This document shows positions 17,909 to 27,700 of a stretch of DNA of 64,000 nt, one piece after another. The stretch's first letter is position 1, and each line of letters opens with the position of its first letter. Below the pieces are notes generated by a model. It was not told where the DNA came from. It did not search any database and saw only the letters and a program-made list of their open reading frames with translations. The stretch lies in the IMG/VR virus record IMGVR_UViG_3300042447_001246; one strand, 5' to 3'. This DNA comes from an uncultured virus (IMG/VR IMGVR_UViG_3300042447_001246) (Duplodnaviria; Heunggongvirae; Uroviricota; Caudoviricetes). The translations under genes were made by a program, and so were the position numbers.

Positions 17909-18634
17909 TTAGAATCGCTTCAGTCTTTGCTCTATAGCTTTGCTTATTCTTGTGCCATGGCTTAATTCTTGGTTTTCAGATATTGATTTAACTCTTCTCA
18001 GCGAGCGGTTGCTCGTGCAGCCAATTTCTGACTTCTCGTCAATAAATCGAGATATCTTTCTTGACATGCCAAATCCTGCTGTTTCTTGAATTTTCATAGA
18101 TTCAAAGGATTGTTTGTATTCTGAGCGTTGGTCGATAAATTTTCCAGATTTAGTATCGATTGAGACTTTTTTACTTTTTGCCTCTTTTATCAAAGAAATC
18201 TTTTTAATTTTATTTTTGAAAGATTTTGCTCTGTAGTCGAACTTTGAGAATTCTGATGAATTTTTATCCACTTTCTCTGATTTAGTCTCAATTTCTGAAT
18301 TCTTGTTAATTATGGTTCTACCAACAAAAATAGTTTTTGAAGCAAAAGTCTTCTTAATTACCTTTTCGGCAAATTCATTCAATTCTATTTTCTTTGACAA
18401 TGTTTTATCAATAATTGATTTTGCTGCATTATCGCTAACAGACTTGAATGTAGTTGATTCAGTCCATTCTGGAGCTTTTATATCAGCTTCTGAAGAAACT
18501 GTCTTTTGGGCGTGCTCAGCCCAATCCGAACCCATTTCATGGAAACCATAAAAAGACAAAGAATCATCACTTTTCACAACTAGTGCAAATGGAGTATCTC
18601 TGACTACATCTTTAATTACGAGTATTTCAGGCAT
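17909..18634 (-). CDS. hypothetical Lys/Ser-rich protein
   Basis: Tightly packed between neighbours; likely start MPEILVIK at 18634 (RBS AAGGTGG). Confidence 0.7.
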   Translation of the reverse strand: MPEILVIKDVVRDTPFALVVKSDDSLSFYGFHEMGSDWAEHAQKTVSSEADIKAPEWTESTTFKSVSDNAAKSIIDKTLSKKIELNEFAEKVIKKTFASKTIFVGRTIINKNSEIETKSEKVDKNSSEFSKFDYRAKSFKNKIKKISLIKEAKSKKVSIDTKSGKFIDQRSEYKQSFESMKIQETAGFGMSRKISRFIDEKSEIGCTSNRSLRRVKSISENQELSHGTRISKAIEQRLKRF

Positions 18635-20657
18635 TTGTTCCACCTTTGAGTACTTCAACAATGCTTCTCTTGCTGTTAGAAAGTGTTTCTAGTCGGTTTT
18701 TGTATAAAGTTTCTACTATCGACAAGTGTGTCTTTTCTCCGGCCGAGAGACCATCTTTTTCGAATCTTCTACGTAGCTCATTCATCTTAAAAGAGCGTGC
18801 CCTCTTGAGTAGGGCTTCAATGTGTTTTCTATACGCAACCTGCTGGTCCTGTTTCAAGTTGTTGTAGTACTCGGAGTACCTGGCACCGTTTGAACCCTGG
18901 TAAAAACCAGCGATGGTCATTTTTGTTCTCTTGGATATTTGAATCTTGTCAAGGTCAACCAACCCAGAGGTCACGTTCTGTGCAAGCATCGGCACTGCGC
19001 CTTCAGGGGTTGTTAATGGGTAAATTGAAGAACTTGGTCTGTCTCTTTGGTCTGTCAAGAAATCAGAAATCATTATCGTAGCAACATCTTCTGGCTTGAG
19101 GTCCGAGAACTTTACGTCAGGGCTAAATTTTGCGCCCTTTAGCGCTGTTTCGACATCTTCTCGGATATATCTTCTCTTATCAGACGGCTTGTCAGCAAAG
19201 ATTACGTCAGGGGATTGTAGGCCAAGATGTTGCTGAACATCTGACGCAAATCTTTCAGCCAAGTGCTGATACTTGTCTGGAGATGAGTAAAGAAAGTATT
19301 TATCTGCGCCAATCGTTAGAAGAGACTGGTTGTTTGCAAGTTTTCTTTCCTGTATAAGCTTGCTGTTCGACAATAGTTTTGGCATGATTTCCGCTGAAAC
19401 CATAGATATCGAGCCACCAGCAGAGATGTGTTCAATTGCAGCTTCAAGTGAGGTTATTTTCTTCCCAGTTTGAGCATTTGATGACGACTGTCTCGCAACG
19501 GCTGCACTTTCTCCTGCAGGAGCTTTTGGCCTTCTTTTTCCGGAGAAAGCCTCTGTGGCCCAACGAAATTTACCTTTTACTATCTCGTTTGGATTCTTTA
19601 GTCCTATAAAGTTTTCCGAGTATCTAATTCCATCACCCGTTTCGTCTGCAACCATCTTCAGCTTCGATGCAGGGTCGGATGTTGACTGCGACTCAATTGC
19701 CGTATTGACAGTGCGACCAAGTTTCCTTCTCTCACCAACTGAAAGCTTTCTTGCCTTCTCTAGCGTGATTGTGGAGCCACCAGGCAAAACATAGACAAGA
19801 GACTTAACGCCAGTATTCGAAAGAAGTCCAAGCTCGTCGTTGCCTATGTCATCTGGAGAAAGAGCTGAAAGGATGTATGTTGCGCCTTCCATGTCTCTGT
19901 TATCCGGGATTGCTCTCAAAACCTTTGCAGGGACTACTGGCTCTAAAACAAAACCGTCTCTTCTAACCATTCTTGTAGCCTTGCCGTTATATCCACCAAT
20001 TTCTGAAACCATTCCTTTTACTTGTTCAGCAGCAGAACGTGGATTATCAAGAGATACTTTTGGAATCTGTGGCTTGCGTGATTCAATCAGATTTCCAGGC
20101 AGGTCGCCACCGGTAAGAGGTTTTCCTGTTACGGGCTCTGGTTTTGCTGGTCCGCGTCCTGCGCGTCGAAGAGCAGCAACGAGCATCCTTAGTGGTGACG
20201 GAATATCAAAAAGTTTTGCTCCGCAAGTTGATAGACGAGAGTCAGTAAATCTTCCACCGTACTGGTAGCCCTCTGGACATCTGTAGCCACGATTTTGTCC
20301 TGGCTTTGAACCACCGACACCACCAGGCTTTCCAGGGGTAAGTGTTCTGTATATAGCAGAACGAACTGGAGAACGAATTGGGTCTGAGTCTCCGGGTATA
20401 GCAAGGCTTCTCAATGTTGAACCAATGCGTGATGCTTTTGTCTGTATCTCTACAGAGTCAAATGCACTCTTTCTGAGTATTCTGTCCGTGCCATTACGCT
20501 TGGATAAAGCCTTGAATGACACTACATTTTCAGAAAGCTTCATTCTTGAGCGCGCAATATTATGCAGATTCTTTGCATCAATATCTGCAATTACGATACG
20601 CGCGACAACTACGGCACGCTCAGGGCAGCATGGCAATGAGCCATCAATTTCACTCAT
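18627..20657 (-). CDS. head-module protein with C-terminal HipA/PI3K-like kinase-fold remnant
   Basis: RCPEGYQYGGRFTD motif; C-terminal AERFASDVQQHLGLQSPDV...DFLTDQRDR; likely start MSEIDG at 20657. Confidence 0.65.
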   Translation of the reverse strand: MSEIDGSLPCCPERAVVVARIVIADIDAKNLHNIARSRMKLSENVVSFKALSKRNGTDRILRKSAFDSVEIQTKASRIGSTLRSLAIPGDSDPIRSPVRSAIYRTLTPGKPGGVGGSKPGQNRGYRCPEGYQYGGRFTDSRLSTCGAKLFDIPSPLRMLVAALRRAGRGPAKPEPVTGKPLTGGDLPGNLIESRKPQIPKVSLDNPRSAAEQVKGMVSEIGGYNGKATRMVRRDGFVLEPVVPAKVLRAIPDNRDMEGATYILSALSPDDIGNDELGLLSNTGVKSLVYVLPGGSTITLEKARKLSVGERRKLGRTVNTAIESQSTSDPASKLKMVADETGDGIRYSENFIGLKNPNEIVKGKFRWATEAFSGKRRPKAPAGESAAVARQSSSNAQTGKKITSLEAAIEHISAGGSISMVSAEIMPKLLSNSKLIQERKLANNQSLLTIGADKYFLYSSPDKYQHLAERFASDVQQHLGLQSPDVIFADKPSDKRRYIREDVETALKGAKFSPDVKFSDLKPEDVATIMISDFLTDQRDRPSSSIYPLTTPEGAVPMLAQNVTSGLVDLDKIQISKRTKMTIAGFYQGSNGARYSEYYNNLKQDQQVAYRKHIEALLKRARSFKMNELRRRFEKDGLSAGEKTHLSIVETLYKNRLETLSNSKRSIVEVLKGGTNA

Positions 20658-21309
20658 AATCCCCACCGCAGCATTCTGCAGACTTGCGACCAGAAGGGAT
20701 TTCAAACTTTACGGTTTCGCCTTTTTCGTCTTCACCCTCCATTTCCCAGTTATTGTCATCCCTGAGCAATTCTGCAAACTTTGGTTCCATCTCAATGAAG
20801 TCACGCAAAACGCTAAAAGCGTGAAGAATGTCTGATTCGGTTACTACGTCATTTGGCTTTTTGTCATTAGCGCCTTTGAATTCATGGAAGAAAACATCAT
20901 CTTCGTAGTACGAGTCATTTAATGACTTCTTTGCAGTTCTCTTTGCGGCGCTGCGGAGATGGCTGGCAAACTCAGTGTTCGTCCAATTTCTCTTCTTGAG
21001 CTTTCCGCGGCAATTCTTCATGCCCGGATGATGGCATCCCTCGTTTGGCCAAAGACCAGTTGTTTCATGATGTAACCATGCGCAAATATTGTTCAATGGG
21101 TATAGCTCTGGGTGGTTTGCAAGAATCACTCGGCAACGACGGAATCCGCCTGGTTTGCGCATGATTGGTCGCCAGTAGCGTAAAAGTCTTTCTAGGTTTC
21201 CACGACGAGGGCCGTATCCACGGAGCAGGTCGCCAGTAACCAGCTCTTGAGGGATTATTCCGCCAAGAGGGTCGAGTTTCACTTCGTTATTTTCGAATTC
21301 AGAACTCAT
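20650..21309 (-). CDS. conserved phage head-region hypothetical protein
   Basis: LLRYWR..KPGGFRRC...CAWLHHETTGLWP motif, seen by recall in actinophage head proteins; RBS GAGGA. Confidence 0.7.
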   Translation of the reverse strand: MSSEFENNEVKLDPLGGIIPQELVTGDLLRGYGPRRGNLERLLRYWRPIMRKPGGFRRCRVILANHPELYPLNNICAWLHHETTGLWPNEGCHHPGMKNCRGKLKKRNWTNTEFASHLRSAAKRTAKKSLNDSYYEDDVFFHEFKGANDKKPNDVVTESDILHAFSVLRDFIEMEPKFAELLRDDNNWEMEGEDEKGETVKFEIPSGRKSAECCGGDYE

Positions 21310-21733
21310 TGCCATCCTCGTGTTTATTTGCGGAATTGTCTACCTTATAATCTACCATTTTAATGAGACTCTTATTATTTATAAAGTCAATTGCTCGTGC
21401 ATTCTTCTTTTCGAGCTTCACTTTTGTTTCACCAACTGTTGACAGTGTTGTTATGCCCTCAAGAACTTCTTTTTCTATTTCGACATCTTTCTTGATGAAC
21501 GTCTCATACCACTTGCCCTTTGTTGGATTCTTGGGAGCATCCCATAGAGAACGATGAAACTTGGTGTTTCTAATCTTGTTTAATCCTTGCGCTTTTGAAG
21601 CCCATGAAAAGAAGTGAATCTTTACAGAAGAGCCATCTGGCCTAACGATTGCTCCGTCCTTTTCTCCAGCCTTTGCGTCCACGTCGTAGTAAACCTTATT
21701 GCCGTCGTATGTTCCAACAAGTACAGCTTTCAT
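21299..21733 (-). CDS. hypothetical protein (144 aa)
   Basis: Tightly packed in the minus-strand operon. Confidence 0.7.
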   Translation of the reverse strand: MKAVLVGTYDGNKVYYDVDAKAGEKDGAIVRPDGSSVKIHFFSWASKAQGLNKIRNTKFHRSLWDAPKNPTKGKWYETFIKKDVEIEKEVLEGITTLSTVGETKVKLEKKNARAIDFINNKSLIKMVDYKVDNSANKHEDGNEF

Positions 21734-21735
21734 GA

Positions 21736-24700
21736 TTAGTCGACCATCAAATCTAATTGTCCGCTTTTTCTGATGCTGTCAAGTGTTTTCTTTAGTTCTG
21801 CTTCAACTTCTGCATCGATGTTTCTTTTAATTATCTCATCAACCCTGGTTGTTGGACTGGCTGTTTTGTCGTAAGAGCGAGGGTTCTCGATGTTTATTCC
21901 CTGTGGGTGAGCGAACTTAACATAACCAACTCCCATGCCTTCATACTTCTCTTTAATCTTCTTGGCGGCGCGGTACTCCTTGAGCTTGACCATGCTTGCC
22001 GTATTCAGTGGTTTGCCCCCAGATATTGAATAGAAGTAGGCAACCTCTTCTGGCGTGAATCCAAGTTTCTCAAGTTTTGATGCAAGCGACCTGTCGTTCA
22101 CCACATCTGAGATATCTTCTGATTCAGCAATCTTGGCCACCTTTGAATACGGGTAGTGAATTCCCTCAACTTCATTCTTCTTGAATCCACCAAGAATCTG
22201 AGCCTCAAATGGCTCATGGGAACGAGCCGATGAGTCAACTGACCCAACTGGTGCCATCTTTCCATTTTCATCCATTGACGCATTGACGGAAGAAAAGTTC
22301 TTATCCATCTTTGCTCCGAGTAGATGAAGCATTGCTTCAGTGTTCTGTTTCTTTGAAGAAATTCCGTCAGCATTCATGATTGCGTCGGCAATGTCGTCAG
22401 GGTCGTTGGAGTTCATCGCTACTGGTCTGTGCGCCGACTGTAGAGCCTCTCCACGCCCATAGGCGGTGCGATTAGACACTTCAGGCTTAAGGATTACCTC
22501 TATTTCTCCGAGTGCAGTAAGACCGTCGCCAACCACGTCATTATCGCCAATCTCAAAGATTGCATCACTTCCGATGTTCCCCTTGCCAGATGCGGCTATC
22601 TGCCTCTTCTTCTCTTCGTTGTGTGAACGATGCACAACATATCCGCTTACTGGTTTTGCAGAGTTTGGGGTTGATTTGCTAATACCAATTCTGCTGTTGT
22701 ACTCATCTCTAAATGCATCAGATGAGCGGCCAGCTCTTTTCCCAGAACTGAAAGCAGAATCCCCAAATGGGTCGTATTCTGTTTTTGCTGGTGTGTAATC
22801 GTTCTCATTGTAACCATCAAATGGGTCATCATATTCACTTGATGCTGGTAGTGACTCGGAGCCAAAACGACTACGCAGCTCAGCGAGGTCTGGTCCATCA
22901 CTAATACCATCTTCGCCAATACCATCTTCGGTGTTTTTTTTCTTTTTTAGTTTTTTGAATTTCTTTCCAACTTTGTCTCTGGCTGAACCGACTATCTCGC
23001 CAGCATTTTCCAAAAGTTCAGCCCCCTCACCGCGTATGATGTCACCAAATTCATCAAGCCTCTGCTTGTTCTCATCTGTAACGACTCGCTCATCAATAAA
23101 ATCTGAAGCAATAGTCCAAGCGTCTGCAAGCTTGTCCACCACTGGGTCCGGAAGGCCATTTGGTGCGACTCTGTCCACGGCGGACATTGCAACATCCATT
23201 TGGTTTTGAGTTATCTTCCCTCTTTGAACTGCTTCTTCTAGACCACGCTCGGCAACTTCTCTTCCAGCTCTTCTGGCAACGTCAACTGCAAGCGCGGTTG
23301 CAAAACCAACAGGACCACCAGCCGCAAGAGCGCCAGCCATATTCACGCCGTACTTAACGCGTTCACGAGTGTCTTCGTCTGCTCCAGAACGCTTCAGAAC
23401 TGCGTCCAACACTCTTCCTGTTGCGCGACTGCCAGCAATTCCGGCAACTCTCTGTGTTTTACTTGGCTTGTTCGTGGTTCGACGGCCAGACGAAAATCTA
23501 TCGCCTACCATGACCCCTGTTGTCCCAGTAAATTTGTCTGATATGCCAACGCTCTTTTGAGCATTTTTGCTCATTCGCGCTAGTTCTTGTGGCCACAGTT
23601 CAAGTGTTGACGGTCTGCCTAACTGCTCTTCTGTTCCGGAAGCATTCATTTCAATATATGCATGTGGCATATTTGAATGCATTTGATAATTAAATCCCTC
23701 GCCTTTTGCAATTCTTCTCACGGCCGATTCCGCTCCAGTAGATGAGCTGTATTCTCCGGGTTTAAAGAAATGTTTTGCACCAAGTTCTTTTAGTGCTGTT
23801 CTGACCATTTCATTTGAATCACCGTCTTCTGTTGTTTTTACAACCTGAAAACTACCCTTTGGCATCTTTATTCCGCCACCTGGTTTAGGTGTTAAGACGG
23901 TGTCAACTGGGAAAAGAGAATCTACGCTGTCTGGATTATTTTCCAATACATCTCTAAGTCGAACAACTATCACATTCGAACCTGGTTTTTGTTGGCGAGC
24001 AATATGACCACCAGCCATATGGTTGAGCGCAAAGTGTATAGTGTGTCTTTGGACGGTTACCTTTTCTCCTGAATCAGAGGTCAATTCATAGGCGCTAAGT
24101 GGTTTAAGTATTATGTTCCCGTCAGCGTCCAGTGGTGGGTCGTACTGAGTTTCGTGAACCAAGTACAAATCATCCACACCAATCTTGTCCAGACCCTCTT
24201 TCCGTTCTTGCAAAAGGTCGTCCTCAGAGAAAGATATTCCTTCAATAGATTTTTCTCTTTCTTCAGCAATAAGCTTCAAACCAATTTCAGAAAGCCTGTC
24301 GAACTCTTTTGCTGCGTCATCATCACCACGAACAGACGCATAAAGCAATGCGTCAACATTTGTTGACCTTCCAGGACTTCCTCCTTCACTGAGGTGCGCG
24401 GCGCGGGCAGCTACCCACTTCTCAGCAAGTTCCTGTCCTTTATCACTTGTTCTATCCAGACCGGTTATGGCGTAAGGATTTATCGGCACATTTTTTATCT
24501 CAGTGTCTGACTCCATTTCAAAATCATTAGTCGGACCACCGAATACGACAGACTCCCCTCCAATGTCGTATACATCAAATGCCTTCCTTTCTTCTCCGAA
24601 TCGTCCTTCCTTTTTTGCAAATCCTTGAGTTGGAGATTTTTTAAGGTCTCCAGGTTTTAGCGTTCTCTCTATTGCCCCAGATGAAAGTTTTTCTGGTTTT

Positions 24701-27700
24701 TCAGAAATTTCTTTTCCTCTTTTTACTCCAAGCTCATCCTCGTCTTGAAAAGTTTCGGCTCGTTCAATTTTTCTGTATATATTTGCTCCAGACGACAGTT
24801 TTGGAGCTGTGCGCCTTGTTCTTGGGTTTAATCTTCTCTCAAGTCTGCGACCAATTGGGCCACTTTCAAGAACGATATCGTCTGTCTCAGTTGGCAAGAA
24901 TTCGCCATCGTCAGCAAATTTTGTAAGTTGATTCTCTGTCATTCTTACGCGTGGACGCTTGTCTATCCCTGCGTGAAATTCGACCGCTGCATCTTCGATA
25001 TCTTTAAGAATTGCTTCTACTGATTTTCTGGCAACAACATCAGCTACTGCCGGGTCTAATGATTCCCTCGACATGTCGTTCATTACTTCTTTTGGACTCT
25101 CGCCAGCCATGACGCGCTTGATATCTTCAAACGTCATATTTGCCCTAGTGGCTCTTACGACTTTTCTTTCTTCGCGCGTCTGTGGGATGCCAAGAACCTC
25201 ACTTCCCGTAGTTGGGTCTAATGCTGCACCTGCTGAAGTCTTGTATGGTGCGCGCTTTTTAGTTCCAGGTACATGGTCAGGGTCGAATTCAGGTGGCTGT
25301 GGAAGATTTGCAATTATTTCTCCACGCTTTGCAAGTTCGTCGTCAATAGACTTGAGGGTTGCCCTATCTGTTCCCTGCCAACCTTTTCTATCATTTGCAT
25401 AGTCTGGGTTAAGGAGCCGTCTGTAAACATCTGCTCTTCGATTAACCAGCTCATCAACGTCCATGCGGAATACTGTTGTCAGCCGCGGTCTTCCGGTTAT
25501 TGGGTCGACCGGGTCTGGTTTGATGTCGGCTTCTGCTGGTTGGACGAGTGGGACCCTCGCGATAGACGTCTCGTATGGGGACCTTTCTAAAGTTCCAGGA
25601 ATGTAGGGATAGTCTCGCGGTGGTGTCTTTGGAAGATTTGCGACTATCTCACCACGATAGGCTAATGTTTTATCCACTTCGGCAATTAGGCCATCATAGT
25701 CATATGGGTTGTCATCTCTATTTCTAAAGTCCGGGTCAAGCATTGCTTTGTACAGCCGAGCTCTATAATTAAGCAGTTCTTCTACGTTCAAAAGATATAT
25801 TGAACTTAAATCAAACTCTTTGCCAGTTCTAGCTTTATACATGTCTCTGGCATCTTTAATATCAGCTTCTGCTGGTTGAACCAGTGGGGTCTTACCAATT
25901 TCGGCTATGTAGTCTTCGGACGGTGGCTCACCGAAAGAACCACCAGCGCTTATTACTTGACGTTTAACTTCTACGTTCTTATCTTCAATTTCAACTTCAC
26001 GTTTTGGTCGTGATGGTGTAGAAGAAAGACCATTCTCTCTTCTTTGCGCAACGTACTTATTAGCAACTCTGTCAATTTTCTTTTTTGTCCCCTTTGCGTG
26101 CTGTCCAGCACCAGGACCCTCTTCGCCAATCGAGGAAGAGACTCTGTCCAAGACGTCGACGACATTGTCCTGTTCTTGGACACGCAGAACGATTGTCCCA
26201 TCAGGCCTTACGTCGACAACTTTCATTTTTCCTGGAGGAAGAACAAGGGCTCCTTCTTCTCCAAGTTCAGTCTCGTTTGTCCTGAACAGTCCTTTATCAC
26301 CTTTTGAAACCTGGACTATTACGCGAGTCTTTTCCTTGCCAGCACGAGTAATTACATCTCCATCAGCATCACGTGCCTCACCTGGTTTGTGTGGTGATTC
26401 ATCTGTAATGATTCGTCCGCTTACAAAACTCTGATTATCAAAGTATTCGCTTACATCCTTGAATCCGCTATCTGTTACACCAAAATAAATCTCTGCTTCA
26501 ATTTCTAGGTCATCAGGGATTGAAGACTCGTCCATTGCCTCCATTGCTGGAATAAGAACTTTCTCGATTTGGTCTTCGAGTGATGCTGTTTCGCTTTCTG
26601 GAGATAGGTCGCCAGCGCTTCTTTGTGCTCTTCTGTAACGTCGATTTATATTCTTTACCGCAGAAACATTCCCGTCAGGGTCAACAAGGTTTCCGATGTC
26701 AGTGAGTTCTGGGTCGCCTAGTCGCTCTACTGCAATAGCCTGTTCTTCAGTCATTGCTAAAGATTCGTCTCTTTGAATCTTCTTCGCGTAACTAGCGCCA
26801 GCTTTATCTGTCTTGACTTTCTTGGTTTTCTTTAGCGCCTGTTGCCTTGGTGGGTTTACGATTTCATCTATTCTTGTATCAAGTTCACGTCTTTGCTTTG
26901 CCCAAACTTTTGCGTCATCAGAGCCTTCAAGTTTTGACTTAAATATTGCTCTCAACATCTTCTTGTCTTCAAGCAGGACTGATTTATCGTCGGCGGAGAG
27001 TCCTGGCTCCTTCAGGGATATTTCGATATCAGCAAGCTTCTGTACAAACTCATCTTCCGTCATATCTTCGGCTTGCTGTTGCAGATTCTTTATCTCTTGC
27101 TGGCGAGAACGCGCAGCCATTTCTTTTGGTCTAAGGTTCCCTTCTGAGAACATCTTTTCGCGAACTGATTCGCGCATCTTTTTAACGTCGCTGCGCCGTC
27201 TGTCTTTGTCTTCGCTGCTAAATCTTTCAGCCCATTTCTTTTCTATCAAAGCAATCTTTGCGTTGTTTTCTTTGATTTTTCTATTTAAATTCTTGAACGC
27301 AGGAGAATCCTTGCTTTCGCCAGTTGCCTCGAGATTGTCAAATGCATCGTTGTAGGCTTCCCTGTTATATTCGAGACCGGCAAGGGCGTCGATAAAATCG
27401 CCATTTGTTGTAGAAGAATCCTGTGACCATTCTTCAATTAGCGACAGCTCTTTCTTGTGTGCTACTTCAAGTCGCTCTCGCACTTCTGCAATACTGTTTC
27501 CAGATAGTTCTGGGTCTGGACCAAGGTTCTCGTAGTAACGAGCCTCAATTTCTCGAAGACCATCTGCATCAGACCTTCTTCTAATGTCAATGTACCTGCC
27601 GTCAGATACGTCATCCATCCACTCAAGCGCAGCGTCAATGTCGTCACCGTAGATGAGACCAAGGTCCCTGAGAGCCCAAAGTTCTGCAGCAGCCTCTAGA

